Source: Nannocystales bacterium (GTDB taxonomy: Bacteria > Myxococcota_A > Polyangia > Nannocystales > Nannocystaceae). Taken from it: 64,000 nt of DNA. A program made the position numbers and the translations under genes. Under the pieces are notes generated by a model. It made no database searches. It saw nothing but the letters and a program-made list of their open reading frames with translations, and was not told where the DNA came from. Where the stretch lies: positions 128,001 to 192,000 of the forward strand of contig JBOEGF010000010.1 in NCBI GenBank assembly GCA_050633305.1. Direction: 5' to 3'. Positions 9,078 to 17,985 of this stretch are shown here, one piece after another (the stretch's first letter is position 1; each line of letters starts with the position of its first letter).

Positions 9078-10021
9078 CCGTGTCTTCGACGGCGCGCCGG
9101 GTCTTGCGGGTGGTCGGTAGCGTCGGGCTGCTCGCCGCGGTCGTATGGTGGGTTGACGTCGGCGCTGTCCTCGACACGTTGTCCGAAGCACGGCTGGCTC
9201 CACTTGGGGTTGCGCTCGTGGTCTCGGTTCCCCTGGCGTTGTTGCTGGCGGCTCGGTGGTGCTTCACTGCGCGTCGGATGGGGATTGACCTCCCTCTGGG
9301 CGTCGCGGCGCGCGAGTACTACGTCTCGATGTTGATCAACCGAGTCGTTCCCGGGGGCGTTGTGGGCGATGTTGGGCGGGCGGTCCAAAGCGGTCGCCGC
9401 AATCCTGAAGCTCGAGGAGCCGCGGCTCGCAGTGTGGTGCTCGAACGGGTGTCGGGCCAGGTCTCGTTGTGGTTGGTGGTCCTGGGGGGCTTGGTCGTGT
9501 GGGGGGCGGAAACCGGGGCTCGACTCGCGCTCATCGTATTGGCGGTTCTGGCCAGCGCTGCGGTTCTCGTTGCCCTATTCGTACGAATCCCGGCGGTCGC
9601 CCGCGGTCGTATCGGGAGGTGGTGGTCGGTCGGGACCGCCGAGGCCCGGGAAGCATTCGTGCACCGCGGAGCGTGGGCCACGCAGCTGGGACTCTCTCTT
9701 CTGAGCGTGGGGGTCCTGGTTGTGATGTACGCGGGGTGTGTCGAGGCAGTCGGTGCGACGCTGGGTCTCTCTCAGTTGGTCTTCATTGCGCCGACGTTGC
9801 TCGCCCTGACGACGCTGCCGTTGTCGGTGGGAGGTTGGGGAGTACGCGAGGCTGCCTCGGCGGTCCTGTTCGAAGTCGCGGGCCTGGACCCATCGGCGGG
9901 CGTGGCCGCGTCTGCTGCCTTTGGGGCAGTCAATCTCGTGGCCGCGCTGCCCGGGGCGTGGTTCTGGGCGCGCCGGGCCGCAACGCCGGGCCTTGCCCGT
10001 GACGAGCCCGCAGAACCGTGA
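9074..10021 (+). CDS. Lysylphosphatidylglycerol synthase TM-domain (UPF0104/AglD2-like flippase) protein
   Basis: RW, NRVVPGGVVGDVGR, LER and PLSVGGWGVRE motifs; GTGA overlap with the upstream gene. Confidence 0.85.
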   Translation: MTVSSTARRVLRVVGSVGLLAAVVWWVDVGAVLDTLSEARLAPLGVALVVSVPLALLLAARWCFTARRMGIDLPLGVAAREYYVSMLINRVVPGGVVGDVGRAVQSGRRNPEARGAAARSVVLERVSGQVSLWLVVLGGLVVWGAETGARLALIVLAVLASAAVLVALFVRIPAVARGRIGRWWSVGTAEAREAFVHRGAWATQLGLSLLSVGVLVVMYAGCVEAVGATLGLSQLVFIAPTLLALTTLPLSVGGWGVREAASAVLFEVAGLDPSAGVAASAAFGAVNLVAALPGAWFWARRAATPGLARDEPAEP

Positions 10022-10024
10022 CCT

Positions 10025-10993
10025 TCAGCCCTTGGTCCCGCGTAGCGGACAGTCGAACAACACGTCCGGGCCGAGCGTGAAGTGGCGACATGAAATTCGC
10101 ATCGCTTCGTCCAACGTGGCGATCTCAGGGAGCCTGAGCGAGGGTCGACCGGAGCCCATCAGGACCGGGGCGACCGTGATGTGGAGGCGGTCGAGGACGC
10201 CAGCCTTCATGAATCCCGAGACCGTGATGCCGCCACCTTCGACGAAGACCCTGCGAAGGCCGCGCTCGGCGAGGGCTTCGAGCAGGACTGGGGCCGGAAT
10301 CCAGCCATCCTCCAACTCCAGTTCCACGACGTCGACGTGTGCAGGCGCGTCAAAGCGACCCGGCCCGCGAACGAGGACTGTGCTTGCGTCGGGCTCGGTG
10401 AAGACGTGATGGGTGTTGGGAAGGCGGCCCGTCGGATCGACGATCACGCGCGTGGGGTTGGGGCCCGGTGCCAGTCGGGTCGTCAGCCGCGGGTCGTCGT
10501 GTTCGATGGTTCGCGCCCCGACGAGGACTGCATCGAACATCGCGCGGAGCCGATGGGTGTGGGTGAGATCTTCGCGTCCGCTGATGAACTTCGAAGAGCC
10601 AGATGCGGTCGCGACACGGCCATCGAGCGACTGCGCGAGGTGGGCGACAACCAGGGACGGTGCATCTGCACCCACACACAGCGGCACGAAGAGATCGAGG
10701 AGGTCGCAGCTCGCGGGGGGTAGCTCGGGCTCAAGCGCCTCGGGGACGGACCAACCCCGGCTCTGGGCCGGATCGAGGACCACGGTCGCACGTTCGATGG
10801 GGACTTCGACGAGGTGGTCCTCTGCGTCGAGTGCGACGCCGATGGGCGTTGAGATCTCGCCCCCGGCACGCAGCCGGTCGGCGAGCTGCAGGAGCAGACA
10901 CCAGGCCCGCTTGGGCCCAAAGGACGCAAGTACCCCGGACCCCGATTGGGCAGCAGCGTCCACAGAAGAACCGTCAAGCAAAGTCGAAGTCAT
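10025..10993 (-). CDS. RibD C-terminal (pyrimidine reductase/DHFR-fold) protein with N-terminal extension
   Basis: AQSLDGRVA, RAMFDAVLVGARTIEHDDPRLT, VFVEGGG, APVLMG; no deaminase HAE/PCxxC motifs. Confidence 0.85.
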   Translation of the reverse strand: MTSTLLDGSSVDAAAQSGSGVLASFGPKRAWCLLLQLADRLRAGGEISTPIGVALDAEDHLVEVPIERATVVLDPAQSRGWSVPEALEPELPPASCDLLDLFVPLCVGADAPSLVVAHLAQSLDGRVATASGSSKFISGREDLTHTHRLRAMFDAVLVGARTIEHDDPRLTTRLAPGPNPTRVIVDPTGRLPNTHHVFTEPDASTVLVRGPGRFDAPAHVDVVELELEDGWIPAPVLLEALAERGLRRVFVEGGGITVSGFMKAGVLDRLHITVAPVLMGSGRPSLRLPEIATLDEAMRISCRHFTLGPDVLFDCPLRGTKG

Positions 10994-11152
10994 GGGGCAT
11001 GCGCTTTTCGCGACACGACGTTTGCCCAGAGTACCAGGCGCGCGGTGGGGTCCGCTGCAGGTCCCGCGACTTGGTGATCTACGAGCGTGCGCGGAGGTGC
11101 TTCCACGGGGGCCTTCCCCGCCCTCGCGGTTCTCCCTGGCTCCAGCCGTGGC

Positions 11153-11161
11153 TGCTAGGCT
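11153..11161 (+). promoter_or_regulatory. Extended -10 box TGCTAGGCT upstream of the sulfotransferase
   Basis: Identical in context to 3634-3648; 18 nt before ATG 11180. Confidence 0.45.
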
Positions 11162-11179
11162 GCGCCCTCTTCAGGGTGG

Positions 11180-12013
11180 ATGACCGGGCTCCTTCCTAGC
11201 TTCATGATCATCGGCGAGCGCAAGTGCGGGACGACCTCCCTGTACCGCTACCTCACCGAGCATCCCGCGGTCCTTCCTTGCACCGTCAAGGAGACACACT
11301 TCTTTTCCAAGTCCAGCCGTGTGGTGCGCCGGGACATCGAGCAGTACCGCTCGTTCTTCCCGTCCGCGGACGATGCGGCGGTGGAGTCGCAGATCCTCGA
11401 CCTGGACGAACGAGACCAGATCATCGAGACCAAGCTCTCGAAGCCCATCGAATCAGGTCGCACGTACATCACCGGTGAAGCGTCCGCGAACATGCTGATG
11501 ACGGTCCCGCCACGCCGCATCTTCGACGTGCTGCCGAAGGTCAAGCTCATCGTCGTCGCCCGCGATCCCGTCGCCCGGGCTTTCTCGCATCACGCGATGC
11601 ACGTCCGCTTCAAGCAAGAGGGGCGATGGCAGTTCCGATTCGTGTCCGACTACCGGCGCGACTTCGAACGCGAGCGCTGGGCGTCGCGCTTGGGGATCCG
11701 CGGCCCCTACCTCGCGCCTGGCCGGTACGAGGAGAGCCTGCGTCGCTGGCTGGGCGTCTTCCCTCGCGAACAGGTCTCCGTGGTTCGGACGGAAGACCTC
11801 GCAGAGCCCCACGCCCAGGCCCGAGTCCTCGAGAACCTGTGCGACTTCCTCGACCTCGACCGCTTCAACTTCTCCGGGGTCGGAGGCGCCAAGTTGAACG
11901 TGGCATCGAGCGTCGCCCGTGATGAGCAGACGGCGGCACGGCTTCGAGCGTACTTCGCCCCCTCGACGGAGCGTCTGGAGCGCCTGCTGGGCCGCTCCAT
12001 GGCCTGGGACTGA
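11180..12013 (+). CDS. PAPS-dependent sulfotransferase
   Basis: 5'-[25 protein letters not shown], 3'-[11 protein letters not shown]. Confidence 0.9.
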   Translation: MTGLLPSFMIIGERKCGTTSLYRYLTEHPAVLPCTVKETHFFSKSSRVVRRDIEQYRSFFPSADDAAVESQILDLDERDQIIETKLSKPIESGRTYITGEASANMLMTVPPRRIFDVLPKVKLIVVARDPVARAFSHHAMHVRFKQEGRWQFRFVSDYRRDFERERWASRLGIRGPYLAPGRYEESLRRWLGVFPREQVSVVRTEDLAEPHAQARVLENLCDFLDLDRFNFSGVGGAKLNVASSVARDEQTAARLRAYFAPSTERLERLLGRSMAWD

Positions 12014-12077
12014 CTTCAGCGGACACGATGGATCTGACTATCGAAGCGGGACGGGGTGATCTACGGTCCTGCTCCGC

Positions 12078-13850
12078 GTGCTGGAGCAGATCAGACGACA
12101 CCCTGCGGTCCGAGTGGCCGGCCCTTGGCTCGCTCTCTTCGCGCTGAACGTCCTGTTCATCGCGCCGGGGGTCGGGCTCGAGGTTCCGGACCGGACATCC
12201 GTTCTGCTGGCCCCCAGCGGTGACCTGCTGTTGCTGGTCGGCATCGTCGTGGTGTCGGTCCGCTGGCGCCACGGTGTGTGGCTCAAACGCTCCGCCATCG
12301 TTGCTGGCGTTGTGCTGTGGATCTACCTCTGGGACGAGCTGATCGCCCGTTCGATCATCTACCAGAGCCCGCCGCTGTACGACCAAGCCTTCTTGCTGCG
12401 GCACTTTGCCGTGCTGATCCTCGACCTTTGGAGTTGGAAAGTCGGGCTCGGTCTATTGGGCATCGTCCTTGCGACGGCGCTCGTGGTTTGGCTGGCTCGG
12501 GTGTTGCTGCGCGTCACGGTGACGGGGATTCGTGCGCAGTCGGTGCGGTCTCAGCTGATAGGGGCGGGTCTACTCGCCGCACTCATCGGCCTTGGCACCG
12601 TCGTCGACAACAGCCAGAAGACACCTCGGCGAGAACGCTTGGTGCATTGGACGACTCCCGCGCTCAGCACCAACGCGGCAGCTTCACTGCGGATGTACCA
12701 AGCCCTGCAGCGCGGGATCTCCGACTCGCCCTACGCCGCCTACCCGCAACAGGTCCCGCTGGCTCGTAAGCCCGACATCCATCTGCTGTTGGTCGAGAGC
12801 TACGGTCGCCTTCTCATCACGGATGCAGAGGCTGGTCCCGCCTGGCGAGAGCAAGTCACGGGTCTGGAGAGCCGGCTTCGGGACAAGGGGTGGGACATGG
12901 TCAGCGCGTTCTCCCGCGCTCCCATCTCCGGCGGCCGCTCCTGGCTGGCTGAAGGCACGCTGCTCACGGGGATCTACGTTCGCTTCGAGGCGGTGTTTCA
13001 GCACCTCGTCGCCGATATCTCGCAGACGCCGAACCTCGTCGCGTACCTCGACACCCAAGGATACGAGACAGTGTTGCTGGCCCCCAAGGCGAAACCTCGT
13101 CCCGGGGTCGAGGCGGTCAATCGTTACAACTACGACCAGCAGGTGGAGGCTCTGGATCTCGAGTACACGGGGCCTCGCTTCGGTTGGGGCATCATCCCCG
13201 ATCAGTACAGCCTGGGCTTCACCCAAGAGCATGTCCTGTCGAAGATCGAAGGACCGGCGTTCTTCAACTTCCACATGGTCAGTTCTCACGCGCCGTGGCA
13301 GATCATCCCCGAGTTCCAGGACGACTGGCGCAGCCTCAACGACGCCGAGGCATCGCCGGACGCAGCGAACCAGGATCCTATCGCGACACCGGGACAGGAG
13401 TTCATGGCTCGCATGCGTCGGTATCAACGCCGCAAGCCCAAGTACATGTGGATGGGCGACGCCGACGCGCTGAAGATCGATGCCTACGCCGCCTCGATCC
13501 GCTACGACCTCGAGCTCCTGACCCGCTACGTCGAAGACCTCGACCGGGACGCCATCGTCATCATCATGGGCGATCATCAGCCGCCTCTGCTCTCACGCGA
13601 GGACGAGACGTTCGACGTTCCGATCCACATCCTGGCTCGCGACCCTGCGCTCCTCGAGGAGTTCCGAGAGCAGGGGTTCGTGGACGGTTTGGGGATCAAC
13701 TCCGGGCGTGACGCGGCCTTGGCCCACGAAGGGGTGTTCTCGATGATGGTGCGGGCTTTGGCCCGTTGTTGCGCCGAGCCGGGCTCTTCGATGGTGCCGT
13801 ACCTGCCCGAAGGGGCGCCAGGAATCGACGATCGTGGCCGTCGCAAGTAG
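12078..13850 (+). CDS. Membrane-anchored alkaline-phosphatase-superfamily enzyme (sulfatase/LtaS-like)
   Basis: About five N-terminal TM helices, then LLLVESYG, GGRSWLA, MVSSHAPW, MGDHQPP and VPIHI. Confidence 0.8.
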   Translation: MLEQIRRHPAVRVAGPWLALFALNVLFIAPGVGLEVPDRTSVLLAPSGDLLLLVGIVVVSVRWRHGVWLKRSAIVAGVVLWIYLWDELIARSIIYQSPPLYDQAFLLRHFAVLILDLWSWKVGLGLLGIVLATALVVWLARVLLRVTVTGIRAQSVRSQLIGAGLLAALIGLGTVVDNSQKTPRRERLVHWTTPALSTNAAASLRMYQALQRGISDSPYAAYPQQVPLARKPDIHLLLVESYGRLLITDAEAGPAWREQVTGLESRLRDKGWDMVSAFSRAPISGGRSWLAEGTLLTGIYVRFEAVFQHLVADISQTPNLVAYLDTQGYETVLLAPKAKPRPGVEAVNRYNYDQQVEALDLEYTGPRFGWGIIPDQYSLGFTQEHVLSKIEGPAFFNFHMVSSHAPWQIIPEFQDDWRSLNDAEASPDAANQDPIATPGQEFMARMRRYQRRKPKYMWMGDADALKIDAYAASIRYDLELLTRYVEDLDRDAIVIIMGDHQPPLLSREDETFDVPIHILARDPALLEEFREQGFVDGLGINSGRDAALAHEGVFSMMVRALARCCAEPGSSMVPYLPEGAPGIDDRGRRK

Positions 13851-14784
13851 CTCGCTTCACCACCGGTTGGTGGCCCCCCCGTTGGAGGGGCCCATCACCG
13901 GTGGGACCCTCTACAACCGGTTCCTGTGTGAAGCGCTCACCCGATGTGGCGATCGGGTTGAGGTCGTCGCGGCCGCCGCCGACTGCGAGGGGTTTGCGTG
14001 GGTGGATTCGCTCTTCCTGCCCCACGTTGCCGAACTGTGGAGCCGTCGCCCCATGGGGTTGCTCGCACACTACTTGCCATCGGTGTTCGAAGGACGCACC
14101 GAGCTCGAGTCGTTTGAAAGGCTGGCCCTACGGCACGCCGCGCTCGTGGTGTGTACGGGAGCCTGGATGCTCGATACGGTTGCCGAGCTTGGTGTCCCGA
14201 TGCAACGTCTTGCGCTCGTCGAGCCTGGAGTGAGCGCTGCTGCCAGCGTCGCGGATCCCGTCGATGGGGTGATGACCGCACTCCTCGTCGGCACCGTTAC
14301 CCAGCGCAAGGGCGTGCTCGAGCTCATCGAGGAAGTCCGTCGTTCGCCTCCCACGGAGCCGTGGCGGCTGGAGGTCCTCGGTGATCAGGCCGCGGAACCC
14401 GAGTATGCCCAAGCGTGCAAAGACGCTGCGGTTGGCCTCCCTGTCGCGTTTCTTGGCGCCCGCCCGCCCGAAGAAGCCCTCGATGTGATCGGGCGCGCGG
14501 ATGTGTTGGTGTCCGCGGCGACGGTCGAGTCCTACGGCATGGCGATCGCCGAAGCCCAGGCATGCGGAGTGCCCGTCTTGGCGCGTCGCGGCGGCCACGT
14601 TGCGCAGCTCGTGTCGCGGGTGCCCTCGGGCGTCGTGGTCGACGGCGTCCCTGCGCTTGTCACCGAGCTCCGTCGGCATGCCCAAGCTCCCGCCTACCTC
14701 GCGGACCTTCGAGAAATCAGCCGAGCGCATCGCCCCAAGAGAACCTGGGACGACGCAGCCAGCGAGTTTCGCACCCTGCGATAA
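13834..14784 (+). CDS. Glycosyltransferase family 4 (GT-B)
   Basis: TGGTLYN, RKG and ESYGMAIAEAQACGVPV (E-x7-E motif). Confidence 0.9.
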   Translation: MAVASSSLHHRLVAPPLEGPITGGTLYNRFLCEALTRCGDRVEVVAAAADCEGFAWVDSLFLPHVAELWSRRPMGLLAHYLPSVFEGRTELESFERLALRHAALVVCTGAWMLDTVAELGVPMQRLALVEPGVSAAASVADPVDGVMTALLVGTVTQRKGVLELIEEVRRSPPTEPWRLEVLGDQAAEPEYAQACKDAAVGLPVAFLGARPPEEALDVIGRADVLVSAATVESYGMAIAEAQACGVPVLARRGGHVAQLVSRVPSGVVVDGVPALVTELRRHAQAPAYLADLREISRAHRPKRTWDDAASEFRTLR

Positions 14785-14787
14785 GGC

Positions 14788-17037
14788 TCAGTTCTTCTTG
14801 CCGAGCACGACAAGTCCGTAGTGCTCGACAAAGATCGCAAGCTCGGCGCCCGGCTTGCCGTCGAGGTCTCCGACCGCGGTCGACAGCGACGTCCCTTCGC
14901 CGCGGATCTTGAGGATAGGCGTCCCCGCGTGGTTGTAGGCCACGACCCCGCCGCGGCTCGTGACGATGATGTCTGCCTCGCCGTCTCCATCGACGTCGAA
15001 GTCGGTGATTGGAGCATCGTCCCAACGCCCGAGGTAGATGTCGACGTCCTTGCCGTCGAGGGTTGTCGATCCGCCGGCCTGCATGCCTTGAGGGGCCTTC
15101 GTACCTTTTCCGCGGGCTTTGCCGTCCGCGCCGTATCGCAGGATGGATCCGTCCACCTGAACGAGAACGTCGGAGCCCGACACCGCGACCGCCTCCAGGC
15201 CATCGATGCCGTCGGTTTTCCATCGCGCCTCGGGCACGGCCTTCATGGCCAGCACCTTGTCTTCGTCTTTCACGATGATCTCCGCGAACCCGTCACCGTC
15301 GAGGTCGGTGATGCCTTTGACATCGGCCATTCGCGAGGTGCTGTAGTCCCAGTAGAGTTCGCCTCGAGCGTCGACGACTTTGAGCGATTGCCATCCGGCC
15401 AAGATCCACTCTTGGCTGCCGTCACCATCGAGGTCGGCCGCGCGAGCAGCCCTCGTGTAGCCGCTCAGCGGAGTTGAGCCCGCAGCCTCTCCCGCGGCGG
15501 TCCACCGCATCAGACCTTCGCGCCCCACAATGCCGAGTTCGCCGGGCTTTCCCGCACCTCGACCCGCGATCGCGATCGCCTTGGCGTTGCCAGCGACCGG
15601 GCGCTTCCATTGGACGTCGAAGCCTGCGGGGGCCATCTCGACGGAGAGCAACGAGCGCTTGGAGTCCTTGTCTTCGCCACTGATCAGCGGCGCGACCTCG
15701 TTGGCGAGCTTGTTCTGCAGGTCGGCGTCGTATCCGGTCCGTGCGTGGGCGATGCGCCCCTCGCGGTCGATGACGTACAGCGCTGGGATGCCCGAGTAGT
15801 TGTACGAGGACAGCTGCTCTGCATCTTCGAAGACAACCGTGAACCCGCTGATCCCCTCCTTCTTCATGAAGGGGGCAACCTTCGAGCGCGAGTTGAAGTT
15901 GTCGGTGTTGATCGCGAGCACCTCGACGCCGTTGTCTTTGTTGGCTGCGAGGAACTTTTGTAGGACCGGCATCTCCTTCTTGCAGGGCCCACACCACGTG
16001 GCCCAGAAGGTCATGATCACGACCTTGCCGCGGTAGTCGCTGAGCTTGACCGTCTTGCCCGAGAGGTCCTTGAGCGCAAAGTCCTGAGCGAGCTGAGCCT
16101 CGGCGGTGACCAGGCGCGCGGACTTGCTGTCGAGGCCGAGGTCTTGCTTGGTCTTGTCGTACAGCTCACGCAACTTGACGTCGCTGATGAACCCGACGGT
16201 GTCGGCGAATGCCGCCTTGGCCTCGTCGGTGCGCCCCTGCTGGTGGAGCGCCGCGGCGCGCAGCAGATGAAGCTTGTCCTGCATGCCTGTGGGGAGCGTT
16301 TGCGTGGTCTCCCCGCTGAGCATCACGCCCGAAGGCACATTCAGGGCTGCTTTCGCGGCGCGGTCGAGGGCCGAGAGCGCGGCCGTGGGTGACTCATGGT
16401 CGAGATGGATGCGACCTTCGAGCACGTAGGTCTGCATGCGCTGGTAGTCGATCCACATCGCCGCGCGGCGCTTCTTGGCGTCATCTTTTTCGGCGTCGAC
16501 ATCTTGGTCCCAGTCGCGGTCGAGCCGGGCGCGGGCTTCGTCGAGCATGCGAAGTGCGCTGTCGATCGGGAGACCGTGTTTGACGTGGTATTCGCGGACG
16601 AGTTCGACAGGGAGCCGCGTCGCGTCCTCGTCCGTCTTGCATCGCATTTCGACGAATCGGGCCAACTCGGCGGCGTCGTAGTTGCCCTGTTCGACCATCG
16701 CGTCGGTGAGCGCTTCGAGCACATCGCCGGCTGCGTGGTGGCCCTCGTTGGATGCGATGAACCGCTTGCACTGTTCGATGCGCTGCGTCAGCTCGGGTGC
16801 CTTGGATGCCGACTCGCCATCCTTTTGGACCTTGCGCCAATCCTCCAACCGCATGGGTGGGGCGTCATTGACGACGGCGACAGGAGCATCGGGGTTGGTT
16901 TCGTCTTCGGCGGTCGCAGCCGCGTTCTGCGTCGTGTCGGGCGTGGAGGAGGAGGCGGCGCCTGTTGTGACCGTGCTGCATGCGGCCACCAGAGGGGAGA
17001 GCAGAAGGAGGAGAGACGGATGGGACAACTTCGGCAT
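14788..17037 (-). CDS. Lipoprotein with TPR-like region, TlpA/ResA thioredoxin domain and FG-GAP repeats
   Basis: Lipobox VAAC; FWATWCGPCKKEMP and GIPALYVIDREG; DLDGDG repeats in the C-terminal part. Confidence 0.85.
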   Translation of the reverse strand: MPKLSHPSLLLLLSPLVAACSTVTTGAASSSTPDTTQNAAATAEDETNPDAPVAVVNDAPPMRLEDWRKVQKDGESASKAPELTQRIEQCKRFIASNEGHHAAGDVLEALTDAMVEQGNYDAAELARFVEMRCKTDEDATRLPVELVREYHVKHGLPIDSALRMLDEARARLDRDWDQDVDAEKDDAKKRRAAMWIDYQRMQTYVLEGRIHLDHESPTAALSALDRAAKAALNVPSGVMLSGETTQTLPTGMQDKLHLLRAAALHQQGRTDEAKAAFADTVGFISDVKLRELYDKTKQDLGLDSKSARLVTAEAQLAQDFALKDLSGKTVKLSDYRGKVVIMTFWATWCGPCKKEMPVLQKFLAANKDNGVEVLAINTDNFNSRSKVAPFMKKEGISGFTVVFEDAEQLSSYNYSGIPALYVIDREGRIAHARTGYDADLQNKLANEVAPLISGEDKDSKRSLLSVEMAPAGFDVQWKRPVAGNAKAIAIAGRGAGKPGELGIVGREGLMRWTAAGEAAGSTPLSGYTRAARAADLDGDGSQEWILAGWQSLKVVDARGELYWDYSTSRMADVKGITDLDGDGFAEIIVKDEDKVLAMKAVPEARWKTDGIDGLEAVAVSGSDVLVQVDGSILRYGADGKARGKGTKAPQGMQAGGSTTLDGKDVDIYLGRWDDAPITDFDVDGDGEADIIVTSRGGVVAYNHAGTPILKIRGEGTSLSTAVGDLDGKPGAELAIFVEHYGLVVLGKKN

Positions 17038-17242
17038 GACGTGCGCTCTTCTCGTCACGTACAGACAGGAGCAAGGTTCCCGTCTCGTCGTGTCGAGCAC
17101 ACTCTAGGACACAAGCCGGACCTGCGTGGTTTGCGGGTTGCGGAAGCCCTGGACCACCGAGGAGCCGCAGCCCTGGAAGAGTTCACCACGGGCCGAACGG
17201 CCGCCGATGGGTACGGTGGAGTCGTTCGCGTCGTCTCTGTGC

Positions 17243-17653
17243 TCAGGGGGCGGGAAATCCCAGTGGTGCTGTCGCCTCGCAGGGGTCGGAATAACAGACG
17301 GGCTCAACCCGGGGACGCTCCGAGCTCACCGGACGTAGCTCCGCCAGGAGTCGAGACCACTCGATGAGCATCGTGTGCCGTCGGGGCCAGCGGCCGGAGC
17401 GGAGGACAAACGGGAGCGTGGGCTCGCTCAGCATCTTGCGCACCGCTTCGGCCCCGCCGTGCCCGTGGGCTTTCGCGTGGATGACGATGTCGCGGTAGAA
17501 GAAGATCTCCTGCCGACCTTCGGAGGTCGCTCGCCAGGCCTCGAGTGGCCCCGCGGTACGCAGCGCGACTCGTGCGGCCTCTTGGAGACATGCGACCTCG
17601 GTGGACCAGCGAGTTCGATCGTGGGACTCGGATGTTGGGTTCACTGCGCGCAC
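17243..17653 (-). CDS. Small hypothetical protein, possibly DUF4388/PATAN-like
   Basis: RQEIFFYRDIVIHAKAHGHGGAEAVRKML resembles the DUF4388 pattern IxFxxGxIxHA...GxEA. Confidence 0.4.
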   Translation of the reverse strand: MRAVNPTSESHDRTRWSTEVACLQEAARVALRTAGPLEAWRATSEGRQEIFFYRDIVIHAKAHGHGGAEAVRKMLSEPTLPFVLRSGRWPRRHTMLIEWSRLLAELRPVSSERPRVEPVCYSDPCEATAPLGFPAP

Positions 17654-17985
17654 ACCATGGTGGTGCGGTGTTACGGGCGGGTCTCCGTGGGGTCAGAGTT
17701 TCGGGACCTTTCGGAGACGGGTTGGCTGACGCCCGTGTTTGTAGATGGCGCGCAGATACTGGCAGGATACGGGGGAGAGGTCCGGGCCCTCGGGTTGTAG
17801 CGTCGGCGCGACCGGCTCTGGAGCGTGGGGGCTGAGTTTGTGGCGCTCTTGGGACTCCGCCGGAGACGGACGAAGGCGAGTCGGCGCGGCTGAGCTCCCT
17901 TGGAGGGTGCCGCGCGGTCGTCCGCTGAGGTCGTCCGCGTGCGGTCCCGGAGCGGCACATCTGCGCTCGGGGACCCGCGGTGCCT

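Noticed and set aside
4638..10993. Calling these genes queD and ribD of queuosine/riboflavin synthesis, or a 7-deazaguanine DNA modification system
   Set aside because: Catalytic motifs differ, there is no deaminase domain, and no queC/queE/folE/dpdA or rib genes are nearby.
17104..17307. 67-aa ORF
   Set aside because: No motif, and it overlaps the neighbouring ORF and the likely promoter region of the thioredoxin gene.
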